Source: an uncultured Bdellovibrionales bacterium
GTDB taxonomy: Bacteria; Patescibacteriota; Minisyncoccia; Moranbacterales; UBA1568
Length of the DNA stretch: 59,050 bases
Assembly (NCBI GenBank): GCA_964594215.1
Contig: CAZQLN010000003.1
Span: 91,447-150,496 of the forward strand
Direction of reading: 5' to 3'
Every line of letters begins with the position of its first letter. Positions within the stretch are counted from its first letter, which is position 1. Under the pieces are notes generated by a model. It did not search any database and was not told the origin of the DNA. It saw nothing but the letters and a program-made list of their open reading frames with translations. The translations under genes and the position numbers were made by a program. Shown here one piece after another: positions 10,155 through 19,850 of this stretch.

Positions 10155-10826
10155 ATGCAAGAAGCAATATTCGACACCATACCAGAAATTGCTCTTCTGG
10201 ATTGGGACGGCACTTTTTGTGATAGTCGCGAAAGTATCTATCAAATCAACCTGGTCATGGCTAAGTATTATGGTAAGGTCATGCCGAGCTATGATGAATG
10301 GCTCACCGCAGCACATCCTGGAGTTGAGCCCTGTATGCGGTCGTTGGGAGTGACTGAAGATAGAGAGGCTATCAATACCTTTTTTCATCAACTTCTCGTG
10401 GAACTACGAGGGAAAAAGGATGTACTTCAAAATCGACTCTATAAAGGAACGCACGAACTTCTCAGTCGTTTCGTAGAGTTGGACATCCCAGCTGTCATTA
10501 TCAGTCGCCACCTACACGAGCACCTCGTCCTGGACATTGAAGCTCATGGTCTCTCGCATTTCTTTTTACGAGTTATTGGTGAGCCAGAGAGCGTAGATTT
10601 GGTGAAAACCAATGAAATCCGTCAGGTTTGCGCGGAATTTAATATTTCGCTGGAGCAAGCTTTTTATTTGGGTGATACGGTTCATGACATGATCGCAGCC
10701 CGTCAGGCAGGTGTCATTGCCGTAGCTATCACGCATGGTTATGATCCGCGTACAAGGCTCGAGAATGAATCAGACCCGGATCTTATTGTGGACTCGTTGG
10801 CTGAGTTCCGAACACTACTCGGGTAG
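10155..10826 (+). CDS. HAD-superfamily hydrolase (phosphoglycolate phosphatase-like)
   Basis: Motif I LLDWDGTFCDS and a late GDTVHDMIAARQAG motif. Confidence 0.75.
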   Translation: MQEAIFDTIPEIALLDWDGTFCDSRESIYQINLVMAKYYGKVMPSYDEWLTAAHPGVEPCMRSLGVTEDREAINTFFHQLLVELRGKKDVLQNRLYKGTHELLSRFVELDIPAVIISRHLHEHLVLDIEAHGLSHFFLRVIGEPESVDLVKTNEIRQVCAEFNISLEQAFYLGDTVHDMIAARQAGVIAVAITHGYDPRTRLENESDPDLIVDSLAEFRTLLG

Positions 10827-10955
10827 ATGAATTGGGTATAAAAAGTATACTCTGGAGGGAAAATGAGCTGTATCGACAGAGTCGGTAGGCTCATTTTTCT
10901 TTTTGACCGGATGCCCAAAAACTGCTAAAATGAGGCAATCTATTACTGAAATATT

Positions 10956-13619
10956 ATGGCTTTTTTAGAGAAATTATTTGGATCAAATGAACGAGTAGTC
11001 GCTAAATTAGCGCCACTTGTAGCAGCGGTGAATCAATACGAAGAAGAGTACAAAAAACTCTCACTTGATGATATCAAAGCGAAGACAGAGTCTTTTAAGT
11101 CACGAGTGAAAAAAGGTGAAAGTCTCGATGACATCTTACCAGAAGCCTTCGCTTTGGTACGAGAAGCAGCAGGTAGAGTGATTGGGGAACGTCATTATGA
11201 TGTTCAAATCATGGGAGGTATTGTCCTTCATCAGGGTAAAATCGCTGAGATGAAAACAGGTGAAGGAAAAACCTTAACCTCCACCCTCCCTATTTATCTC
11301 AATGCTCTTACGAGTAAGGGAGTGCATGTTGTTACCGTCAATGATTATCTTGCTAAGCGTGATGCTAACTGGATGGGTCAGGTATATGAGGCCTTGGGCT
11401 TGACCACCGCCTGTATCGTGGGTCAGGGGGTATCATATCGGTACGCTACCAACGTTTCTGATACAGATGAGGTCACTATTGAGGAGGCCAACCTGATTCC
11501 CGTTGAACGTCGCGAGGCCTATGCCTGTGATATTACCTATGGAACCAATAATGAATTTGGTTTTGACTATCTTCGCGACAACATGGTTCAGTCTGAACCG
11601 GATATGGTTCAGCGCGATCTTAACTTTGCTATTGTGGACGAAGTTGACTCAATCCTTATCGATGAGGCTCGTACACCGCTGATTATCTCTGCGCCAGATG
11701 CTGAAAGTGGTAAGTTATATGAACGCTTTGCCAAAATTATCCCTCAACTAGTTGTCGAAAAACATTTTGTCGTTGATGAGAAGATGAAGGCGGTGACTTT
11801 GACTGACGAGGGTATTGAAAAGGTAGAGCAACTCCTTGGTATGGGCAATATGTACGCTACGGGAAATATAGAATACGTCCATCACCTCGAGCAGTCACTC
11901 AAAGCTGAAATTATTTTCAAACTCGATCGAGACTATGTTGTTAAGGATGGTCAGGTGATTATCGTTGATGACTTTACCGGTCGTTTGATGCCGGGTAGGC
12001 GTTATAGCGAGGGACTTCATCAGGCTATTGAAGCCAAAGAGGGAGTAACGGTTCAGAGAGAAACTCGTACGTTGGCCACCATCACTTTTCAGAACTACTT
12101 CCGTCTCTATGAGAAACTAGCTGGCATGACTGGTACGGCCACTACTTCTGCAGAGGAATTTGCTAAGGTTTATACGCTAGATGTTGTCGAAATTCCGACG
12201 CATCGTAGTATGCAGCGCAAAGATCACGCTGATATTGTTTATAAAAATGAAGAAGCGAAGTTTCGAGCCATTGCTAACCGCATCAAAGAAATCACTGTCA
12301 ATGGACAGCCTGTTTTGGTAGGTACAATTGCCATTGAGAAATCTGAATACCTAAGTGCCCTTCTTACTCGAGAGGGAATTGAACATCAGGTTTTGAACGC
12401 GAAGCAGCATGAACGTGAAGCTCATATTATCCAAAATGCTGGCCAGAAGGGTAGTGTTACTATCGCTACCAACATGGCTGGTCGTGGTACTGATATCAAA
12501 CTTGGTGAGGGAGTTAAGGAGCTGGGCGGTTTGTTTATTATTGGAACTGAACGTCATGAGGCTCGGCGTATTGATAATCAGCTTCGTGGTCGCGCAGGAC
12601 GCCAAGGTGATCCTGGAGCTTCACAATTCTACGTCTCACTTGAAGATGAACTCATGCGCCGTTTCGGTGGGGAGCGTATGCAGAGTATGATGACTACTCT
12701 AGGCCTTCCCGATGACGAACCAATTCAGAATAGTCTTATTTCCAAAACTATTGAGAGTGCTCAGTCTAAAATCGAGGGCTACAACTTCGACACACGCAAA
12801 CACGTTTTGGAGTACGATGATGTGATGAATAAACAGCGTGAAGTAGTTTATCGTAAGCGTCGCGCTGTATTGCGAGCAGAAAACTTTCGTGACGAAACAC
12901 TTAAGTTGCTTACGGAAGAGTTTGATCATCTGATCGCTTTTCATTGCGCGGGTGAAGATGCTCTATGGCAACTAGATGATGTAGTTTCTGAGGTAAACAG
13001 TCTCGCTCCAGATTTGACCGAAAAGAAAGTGCTTGAGAAGTTACTCCAAATTAGAGACGATCGTTCTAAAGATGAAATGGAAAAAAGAAGTCTTATCCTA
13101 GAGCATCTCATCAGCGAACTCAAAGTTATCTACAACGAAAAAGAGAAGCTCTTTTCCAAAGAAACCTGGGACGGTATTCAAAAAGCTCTGTATCTACGCT
13201 CATTGGATACGCTCTGGATGAATCATCTTGATGAAATCGATTATTTGCGTCAGGGTATAGGTCTTCGAGGGATTGCCCAGAAAGATCCTCTTATTGAATA
13301 CAAGCGAGAAGCCTACGATATGTTCTTGGGGCTTATGGATAGTGTCCGTAAAACCTTCCTCTCAACCCTTCTCAAATTAGAACCAGGCATTCAGGTACCG
13401 AGACAGGAGGAACGCAAGTCCCTTCAGTTTACTGGCGCTAGTGAAGATATTGAACAATTCAGCCATGAAGAACAGTCTACCAATCAACCAGCCACAAAAG
13501 CAGTGCCGCTTCATAATGAAGTCTTGATAGGTCGGAATGACCCTTGTCCCTGTGGATCAGGACTCAAGTATAAGAAATGTGGCGCTATTGGTGCTCCCGA
13601 ACATAAACAAGTAGCCTAA
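10956..13619 (+). CDS. secA: preprotein translocase ATPase SecA
   Basis: MKTGEGKTL Walker A, DEVDSILIDEARTPLIIS, TNMAGRGTDI, and a C-terminal CPCGSGLKYKKCG zinc motif. Confidence 0.97.
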   Translation: MAFLEKLFGSNERVVAKLAPLVAAVNQYEEEYKKLSLDDIKAKTESFKSRVKKGESLDDILPEAFALVREAAGRVIGERHYDVQIMGGIVLHQGKIAEMKTGEGKTLTSTLPIYLNALTSKGVHVVTVNDYLAKRDANWMGQVYEALGLTTACIVGQGVSYRYATNVSDTDEVTIEEANLIPVERREAYACDITYGTNNEFGFDYLRDNMVQSEPDMVQRDLNFAIVDEVDSILIDEARTPLIISAPDAESGKLYERFAKIIPQLVVEKHFVVDEKMKAVTLTDEGIEKVEQLLGMGNMYATGNIEYVHHLEQSLKAEIIFKLDRDYVVKDGQVIIVDDFTGRLMPGRRYSEGLHQAIEAKEGVTVQRETRTLATITFQNYFRLYEKLAGMTGTATTSAEEFAKVYTLDVVEIPTHRSMQRKDHADIVYKNEEAKFRAIANRIKEITVNGQPVLVGTIAIEKSEYLSALLTREGIEHQVLNAKQHEREAHIIQNAGQKGSVTIATNMAGRGTDIKLGEGVKELGGLFIIGTERHEARRIDNQLRGRAGRQGDPGASQFYVSLEDELMRRFGGERMQSMMTTLGLPDDEPIQNSLISKTIESAQSKIEGYNFDTRKHVLEYDDVMNKQREVVYRKRRAVLRAENFRDETLKLLTEEFDHLIAFHCAGEDALWQLDDVVSEVNSLAPDLTEKKVLEKLLQIRDDRSKDEMEKRSLILEHLISELKVIYNEKEKLFSKETWDGIQKALYLRSLDTLWMNHLDEIDYLRQGIGLRGIAQKDPLIEYKREAYDMFLGLMDSVRKTFLSTLLKLEPGIQVPRQEERKSLQFTGASEDIEQFSHEEQSTNQPATKAVPLHNEVLIGRNDPCPCGSGLKYKKCGAIGAPEHKQVA

Positions 13620-13653
13620 GAGAATAGCAGATGATGAAAGAGTATCTTTGTAT

Positions 13654-14118
13654 ATGAATAAACTCACTCGTAAATACGATCTGAAAAAGGGCTTAGATTT
13701 TATTGGAATTACCTGTGTGTTTTATTGTCATGATGGTAAGGGCAATTTACTGCTTAGTAAAAGAAGCCAAAATTGTCGTGATGAACAGGGTGTCTGGGAT
13801 TGTGGCTCTGGTTCTATGGAGTTTGGAGAAGAGTCTCTCATCAGTGCTGCCAAGCGAGAAATTCTTGAGGAGTATTGTGTGGTTCCAAAGAAGGTAAAAT
13901 TTCATTTTGCGACCAATGTTATTCGGATGCAGGGTAAACGTAAGAGTCACTGGATCGCTTTTATTTATAGTGCTTTAGTTGATCCTAAGAAGTGTAAAAT
14001 TGGTGAGCCAAAAGATATTGATGAGATTGCCTGGTTCCCAATTAACAAATTACCTAAGCCACAGCATTCTATGCTGCAAAAACACCTCAAAATCGTCCTC
14101 GCTAAAGGAGGTTTTTAG
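13654..14118 (+). CDS. NUDIX hydrolase
   Basis: Nudix box GSMEFGEESLISAAKREILEEYCV. The ATG at 13654 lies within ORF 13648..14118. Confidence 0.75.
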   Translation: MNKLTRKYDLKKGLDFIGITCVFYCHDGKGNLLLSKRSQNCRDEQGVWDCGSGSMEFGEESLISAAKREILEEYCVVPKKVKFHFATNVIRMQGKRKSHWIAFIYSALVDPKKCKIGEPKDIDEIAWFPINKLPKPQHSMLQKHLKIVLAKGGF

Positions 14119-14200
14119 GTGGATAAAGTTACTGTGAACGGTGGTCTTGATAAAGACCTCTTTTTGTTTTAGACTAGAAGCTTCTAATCACAATATTTTT

Positions 14201-15601
14201 ATGATGCCAAAAGTCAAAAGAACCAAGATTGTGGCCACCATTGGGCCTCGCACTGAATCAGTCGAAATGCTCACCAAGCTTGTCAAAGCAGGGCTCAATG
14301 TTATGCGTCTTAATATGAGTCATGGTGACCATGCTGAGCACCGTCTTCGCATCAAAAACGCTCGCAAAGTAGAAAAAACTCTTGATGTCTCTTTGCCAGT
14401 TCTCCTTGATCTCTCAGGGCCAAAAATCCGTACGGGGGAATACACTACAGACCGGATCACTATCCGCAAAGGTAAAACAGTAGTCCTCACTACCAAGAAC
14501 ATTGTGGGTGATGAAAAGCGCTTCTCAGTGAACTACCCAAAACTACCCCAAGAAGTGAAAAAAGGCTCAGTCATTATGCTTGATGATGGTAAGAAGAAGC
14601 TTGTTGTTGAGAGAATCAAAGGTACCGAAATCATCTGTACGGTAGTGGTTGGTGGAGAGCTCAAACCACGCCGCGGAGTTAATATCCCGGGAGCTTATCT
14701 TTCGGTTAGTTCCATCACGGCTAAGGATAAGAAAGACCTTCTTTTTGGTCTCGAAGAAGGGATAGATATGGTAGCTTTATCTTTTGTTCGTACAGCTAAG
14801 GATGTATTGGATCTCAAAAAACTTCTCCAAAGAGCTGATCGCTATATTCCGATTATCACCAAAATTGAAACTCAAGAAGCTATTGATAACTTAGACGCTA
14901 TTCTCGAGGTGGCTGATGGAGCAATGGTTGCTCGAGGTGATTTAGCTATCGAGGTACCAACGGAACTGGTTCCTGTCTATCAAAAAATGATTATTAGTAA
15001 GTGTAATGCTCAGGGTAAACCAGTCATTACTGCTACTCAGATGCTTGAATCGATGATTCACAGTCCAGTACCAACTCGTGCGGAAGTTTCTGATATTGCC
15101 AATGCTATTTATGATGGTACAGATGCTGTGATGCTTTCTGAAGAGAGTACTCTGGGTGAGTTTCCTATAGAAGCGGTTGAGGTGATGAGTCGAGTAGCTT
15201 TGGCTAATGAACTTCCAGAAGTGATTGATTATCCGGAACTGCCAATTGGAGATTCTATTAGTAAAAGCGTTTACAAAACGGCTAACAATATTCGAGCCAA
15301 AGTTATCGTAGCTCTTACCGAAACCGGCAAAAGTGCTCGTTTGGTTGCGCGCTTCAATCCTAATGTACCGATTATCGCTCTCACGCCTTACACTAAGACC
15401 GTCAAACGGCTCACGATGACATCGAATGTGATACCTCATGAGATCCCTAAACTGGCTACCTTTGAAGAGGTACTTAGTTTCGTGCCGAAGTATCTTATAG
15501 AGAAAAAAATCGCTAAGAAGGGGGATAAAGTAGTTCTCACAGCGGGAGTACCCTTCGGCGTACGCGGCAGTACTAACATGCTTTTGGTCATCACGGTGTA
15601 G
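14201..15601 (+). CDS. pyk: pyruvate kinase
   Basis: KRTKIVATIGP, MRLNMSHGD, KIETQEA and MVARGDLAIE motifs. The ATG at 14201 gives the canonical N-terminus. Confidence 0.93.
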   Translation: MMPKVKRTKIVATIGPRTESVEMLTKLVKAGLNVMRLNMSHGDHAEHRLRIKNARKVEKTLDVSLPVLLDLSGPKIRTGEYTTDRITIRKGKTVVLTTKNIVGDEKRFSVNYPKLPQEVKKGSVIMLDDGKKKLVVERIKGTEIICTVVVGGELKPRRGVNIPGAYLSVSSITAKDKKDLLFGLEEGIDMVALSFVRTAKDVLDLKKLLQRADRYIPIITKIETQEAIDNLDAILEVADGAMVARGDLAIEVPTELVPVYQKMIISKCNAQGKPVITATQMLESMIHSPVPTRAEVSDIANAIYDGTDAVMLSEESTLGEFPIEAVEVMSRVALANELPEVIDYPELPIGDSISKSVYKTANNIRAKVIVALTETGKSARLVARFNPNVPIIALTPYTKTVKRLTMTSNVIPHEIPKLATFEEVLSFVPKYLIEKKIAKKGDKVVLTAGVPFGVRGSTNMLLVITV

Positions 15602-15619
15602 ATCTTCTTTGAGAGCCGC

Positions 15620-15789
15620 TTGAAGTATGAGAAAATAGAGGTAGAGATAACCAGTAGCACTTATTTGAGGTGATCACAGTTCTTTTGGAACACTACGGCT
15701 GGTCAATTGAGGATATTGTTACTATTCAACAAGAAAAACGTGAGAAAAAAGGTTCTTTCAGTAAACGTATTGTTCTTGAGGAAGCTTAA
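15620..15789 (+). pseudogene. possible remnant of an all-alpha (MazG/PRA-PH-like) NTP pyrophosphatase gene
   Basis: A 39-codon frame (GTG 15670..15789) ends EVITVLLEHYGWSIEDIV..QEKREKKGSFSKRIVLEEA. This resembles the C-terminus of MazG-like house-cleaning NTPases. The expected N-terminal half is missing or frameshifted. Confidence 0.3.
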
Positions 15790-15794
15790 ATCAT

Positions 15795-16265
15795 ATGAAA
15801 AAAGTACTCACTCTCTCTCTTCTTATCAAAGATAATCAGATACTCCTCGCTATGAAAAAGCGCGGTTTTGGTATGGGCCGCTATAATGGCTTTGGGGGTA
15901 AGGTAGAGATAGGTGAGACTATCGAAGAAGGAGCGAAACGCGAAGTCTTAGAGGAGTCCGGTATACGGGTTCAGACTCTCGAAAAGGTAGGTATTCATGA
16001 ATTTGAATTTGCTCATGATAGAGGAAGCATTCTTGAGGTACATGTGTTCCGGGTACTTGAGTATAGTGGCGATCCAGTTGAGACAGAGGAAATGAAACCA
16101 GAGTGGTTCGCTCTCAATGCCATTCCCTATGCCACCATGTGGCCTGATGATGAATACTGGTTTCCAGTTTTTTTAGCGGGTAAGAAATTCCGTACGAAAT
16201 TTTTATTTGGTGAAGGCGACAGCGTGTTAGAGCAAGATATTCAAGAAGTAACTTATATAGATTAA
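15795..16265 (+). CDS. NUDIX hydrolase (MutT-like)
   Basis: Nudix box GGKVEIGETIEEGAKREVLEESG. Confidence 0.8.
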   Translation: MKKVLTLSLLIKDNQILLAMKKRGFGMGRYNGFGGKVEIGETIEEGAKREVLEESGIRVQTLEKVGIHEFEFAHDRGSILEVHVFRVLEYSGDPVETEEMKPEWFALNAIPYATMWPDDEYWFPVFLAGKKFRTKFLFGEGDSVLEQDIQEVTYID

Positions 16266-16270
16266 AAATA

Positions 16271-17488
16271 ATGCCTACAACTGCTAAGAAGATATTGCCA
16301 GTTCTTTTCGTAACCCTCCTCCTTGATGTCATTGGTATTGGTATGGTTATTCCGATCATACCAGTCATTTTCACTGATCCAAGTTCACCAGGTTTTCTTC
16401 TTCAAGGATACAGCACACAAGTTCAGTTTTTTATTGCTGGAACCATTACAGCTCTTTTTGGTTTGATGCAGTTCATCGCCGCTCCTATCCTTGGGGAGCT
16501 CTCTGACGCCTTCGGACGAAAGAAGATTCTGACTATTTGTATTGGTGTACTTGCCTTAGCTCAACTTTTGTTTGGTATGGGTATTGAGTTGGGTTTGCTT
16601 TGGTTACTCTTCGTGAGTCGTATTGTCGCCGGTGTGGCTGGTGCTAATTTTAGTATTGCCCAAGCCGTCATTGCTGATGTTTCTACTCCACAAGATCGAG
16701 CGAAGAGTTTTGGTCTGATTGGAGCTGCTTTTGGTATTGGTTTTGTTTTAGGGCCACTTCTTTCTGGCTGGTTAGCGAGTATTACTGGTAACCCAGCTTT
16801 CCCGTTCTGGTTTGCAAGTTTTCTCGGTATCGTCAACCTAATTTTTGTCAGCTTGATGCTCAAAGAGACTCATAAGGGTGATGCTTTAAGGCAGCAGTTT
16901 CATATACTCAAAGGCATACATAATATTCTGGCTGCTTTTCGTGATGTTGATGCACGTCCAGTGTTTATGACCAGCCTTTTCTTTGCTTCTGGTTTTGCAT
17001 TTTTTACTACATTTAGTAGTATTTTTCTGGTTGATCGCTTTGGTCTTCATGAAGGAGAGATTGGTACCTATTTTGGTATAGTCGGTGTGTGGATTGTTAT
17101 TACCCAGGTTCTGATACTTCGAGTGGTTACCAAACACTATACAGAACGACGGATTCTTATGGTAGCTCTTCCGGTTCTTACACTGGCTATTGGCACATAC
17201 CCTTTTTTACCGAGTGTTATCTATGCCTATACATTAGTACCTTTTATCGCTGTGCCAGTAGGTCTTTCAATGGCTAATATCACTGCTTTGATTAGTAAAG
17301 GTGTTTCTCCAGCCAAACAAGGAGCAGCTTTGGGTATTAACGGCTCTCTCAACGCTTTTGCTCAAGGTCTCACGCCACTTTTGTCAGGGATTTTTGGTGC
17401 CTTACTCGGAGTTACGGCACCTTTCATTTTTGGAAGTCTAGGAGTTTTCTTGGGGTGGTATATTCTTTTTAATTCCAAAAAAGGCTAG
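16271..17488 (+). CDS. MFS transporter (drug:H+ antiporter-like)
   Basis: About 12 TM helices. MFS loop motif GELSDAFGRKKIL between TM2 and TM3. Confidence 0.8.
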   Translation: MPTTAKKILPVLFVTLLLDVIGIGMVIPIIPVIFTDPSSPGFLLQGYSTQVQFFIAGTITALFGLMQFIAAPILGELSDAFGRKKILTICIGVLALAQLLFGMGIELGLLWLLFVSRIVAGVAGANFSIAQAVIADVSTPQDRAKSFGLIGAAFGIGFVLGPLLSGWLASITGNPAFPFWFASFLGIVNLIFVSLMLKETHKGDALRQQFHILKGIHNILAAFRDVDARPVFMTSLFFASGFAFFTTFSSIFLVDRFGLHEGEIGTYFGIVGVWIVITQVLILRVVTKHYTERRILMVALPVLTLAIGTYPFLPSVIYAYTLVPFIAVPVGLSMANITALISKGVSPAKQGAALGINGSLNAFAQGLTPLLSGIFGALLGVTAPFIFGSLGVFLGWYILFNSKKG

Positions 17489-17490
17489 TT

Positions 17491-18195
17491 ATGGCAGCTA
17501 CTTTTATTCCGAGTACATCGCGAGGTGGAGGAGACTATGGTTGGCTCAAAACTAACTACAGTTTCAGCTTTGCCAATTATTATGAACCAACTCGCATGGG
17601 TTTCGGAGCACTTCGGGTGATTAACGATGATTGGATAGCCCCTAACTCTGGCTTCGGGACTCATGAGCACGAGAATATGGAAATCATCACCATCCCTTTG
17701 ATAGGAACCCTCACCCATAAGGATAGTCTTGGAACTGAAGCTACTATCGAAGCTGGTGAAGTTCAAGTTATGAGTGCTGGAACTGGTATTGCTCATTCTG
17801 AATACAATGCAAGTATGACTGAAGCATTAGAATTGTTTCAGATTTGGATAGAGCCTAAAAGTTATGTTATTGCCCCTCGTTACGATCAGAAGCGCTTTAA
17901 CTTTGAACAAAATCCAGATGTCTTATTGCCAGTGATTACTCCGAAAGGCACAGAGGGAACCCTTTCTGTTCATCAGGAGGCTTCACTTTACCTGGGCTAC
18001 TTTACCAAAACCGCTACTGAAGAGTATTCAGTCAAGGATGGTCACGGAGTGTACCTTTTGGTTGTGGAAGGAAAAGTTTCTGTTGGTGATCAAAAACTGA
18101 GTAAACGAGATGCGCTCTCCATAACCAATGAAAACAAAATAGAGATAGTCATAGAGAGTGGGAGTCGTTTACTTTTGATAGATGTACCTCTATGA
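17491..18195 (+). CDS. pirin-family cupin protein
   Basis: GFGTHEHENMEIIT, then VMSAGTGIAHSE. Confidence 0.85.
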   Translation: MAATFIPSTSRGGGDYGWLKTNYSFSFANYYEPTRMGFGALRVINDDWIAPNSGFGTHEHENMEIITIPLIGTLTHKDSLGTEATIEAGEVQVMSAGTGIAHSEYNASMTEALELFQIWIEPKSYVIAPRYDQKRFNFEQNPDVLLPVITPKGTEGTLSVHQEASLYLGYFTKTATEEYSVKDGHGVYLLVVEGKVSVGDQKLSKRDALSITNENKIEIVIESGSRLLLIDVPL

Positions 18196-19250
18196 AATGG
18201 CAGGATGTAGAGCGTTATGATTATGCGCTACCCAAAGAGTTGATTCGGACTGTCGGAGTGGAACCGAGAGATAGTGCTCGGCTTTTTATTTATGATACCC
18301 AAACCGATACGGTTAGACTCGATTTTTTTCAAAATCTAGTTAAATATTTGCCGAGCGACTCATTGGTGGTTTTAAATGAAACCAAGGTGTTACCAGCTAG
18401 ACTCTGGCTTCGTAAGGAGACTGGTGGAAAAATAGAAGTTTTTGTTTTAATGAATCAAATTGAAGATGAAGCGCGTATCCCGGTGCTGGTAGATAGGAAG
18501 GTGGTAGTTGGTCAGAAGCTTTTGTTTCCCAATAATGAAATCTTGGAAGTGGTAGATCAGGAAGAAAATATTTTTTTTGTAAAAATATTAGGCGAAGTTA
18601 ACCTTCATGAACTATTAGCGACCTATGGTGAAACGCCGGTACCGCACTATCTTGAAGATACTAAAGTCAAGGAGAATGACCTACGTGAAAGGTACCAGAC
18701 TATTTTTGCTAAAGAAGAAATTACAACTAAAGCCTCAGTAGCCGCACCTACCGCCTCACTTCATTTTACTAAGCGAGTATTTGATTCACTTCGCGAAAAA
18801 GGTATACAACAAACCAAGTTGACCCTTGATGTAGGTTTGGGTACCTTTGCTCCACTCACAGAAGTTGCTTTTGAGAACAAAAAGCTCCACAAAGAATACG
18901 TAGTAGTATCAGAAGGTACAGCGAGTGATATCAATATTGCCAAACAAGAGAAAAGACGTATCATCGCGGTAGGTACGACAGTAACCAGAACTCTCGAGGC
19001 TCTTACAGAACAAGGTAACGTCAAAGTATACAACGGTTCGGTTGACATATTTATCTACCCGCCATATTCATTCCAAACAGTGGATATTTTATTGACCAAT
19101 TTCCACCTTCCCAAGACATCCTTGATGCTTTTAGTAGAGGCTTTCTTAGAACACAAGGGGAGTAAGCGGAATATCAAGAGTCTCTATGAAGAGGCTATCC
19201 ATAATAGGTTCACCTTCTATTCATTTGGAGATTCGATGCTTATTTTATAG
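18192..19250 (+). CDS. queA: S-adenosylmethionine:tRNA ribosyltransferase-isomerase
   Basis: YDYALPKELI...EPRDSARL, VAAPTASLHFT and AVGTTVTRTLE motifs. 4-nt overlap with the pirin gene. Confidence 0.9.
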   Translation: MKWQDVERYDYALPKELIRTVGVEPRDSARLFIYDTQTDTVRLDFFQNLVKYLPSDSLVVLNETKVLPARLWLRKETGGKIEVFVLMNQIEDEARIPVLVDRKVVVGQKLLFPNNEILEVVDQEENIFFVKILGEVNLHELLATYGETPVPHYLEDTKVKENDLRERYQTIFAKEEITTKASVAAPTASLHFTKRVFDSLREKGIQQTKLTLDVGLGTFAPLTEVAFENKKLHKEYVVVSEGTASDINIAKQEKRRIIAVGTTVTRTLEALTEQGNVKVYNGSVDIFIYPPYSFQTVDILLTNFHLPKTSLMLLVEAFLEHKGSKRNIKSLYEEAIHNRFTFYSFGDSMLIL

Positions 19251-19316
19251 GAAGACTTGCCAAAACAAGCCAAAATCCCTACAATAGACAAGTAATGAAT
19301 TTAGTCGCAATCTGAT

Positions 19317-19754
19317 ATGAAAGTCCTACTGGTAAGTGATGTGAAGAGTCTTGGTAAGCGGGGTGATGTTCTCGAAGTCAAAAACGGCTATGGGCTGAAT
19401 TTCTTGTTACCTGAAGGTTTAGCTGTCCTTGCGACGGCGCAAGCTATTAAAGGTAAGGAACGTGTACTGGCTCAGTTTGCACTCGAAGAACAGTCTCAGG
19501 CCGAAGAAATGAGCGCTCTGTATGAGAAATTAAATGGTCAGACTATTACTGTCGAAGCACAGGCTAAAGATGATAAACTTTTTGGTTCTGTCGGCGCTAA
19601 AGAAGTTTGTGAAGCATTGGCAGGCATTGAAGCTCATGTGGCTCAAGATATGGTGGAGTTACCAAAACCCCTGAAGACAGTAGGTGAACACGTAGTTAAG
19701 ATAGTACTTGGTAAGCAAGTTGCTAAAGTGACTGTCAAGATTGTCGCCATCTAG
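19317..19754 (+). CDS. rplI: 50S ribosomal protein L9
   Basis: MKVLLVSDVKSLGKRGDVLEVKNGYGLNFLLP. Confidence 0.9.
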   Translation: MKVLLVSDVKSLGKRGDVLEVKNGYGLNFLLPEGLAVLATAQAIKGKERVLAQFALEEQSQAEEMSALYEKLNGQTITVEAQAKDDKLFGSVGAKEVCEALAGIEAHVAQDMVELPKPLKTVGEHVVKIVLGKQVAKVTVKIVAI

Positions 19755-19850
19755 TCACGAGAGTAAACCTTTGTCCCTTACAAAAGCCGCCCTCCAATCA
19801 AAACGGACAGCGGCTTTTTCTCTGTAAATTTGTATCTAACGTATAATCAA

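Noticed and set aside
14942-15439. 165-aa minus-strand ORF inside pyk. Similar antisense ORFs occur inside secA, dnaK, pyrG, alaS, murC and others.
   Set aside because: They lie fully inside well-supported conserved genes, have low-complexity products, and lack start signals. These are typical shadow ORFs.
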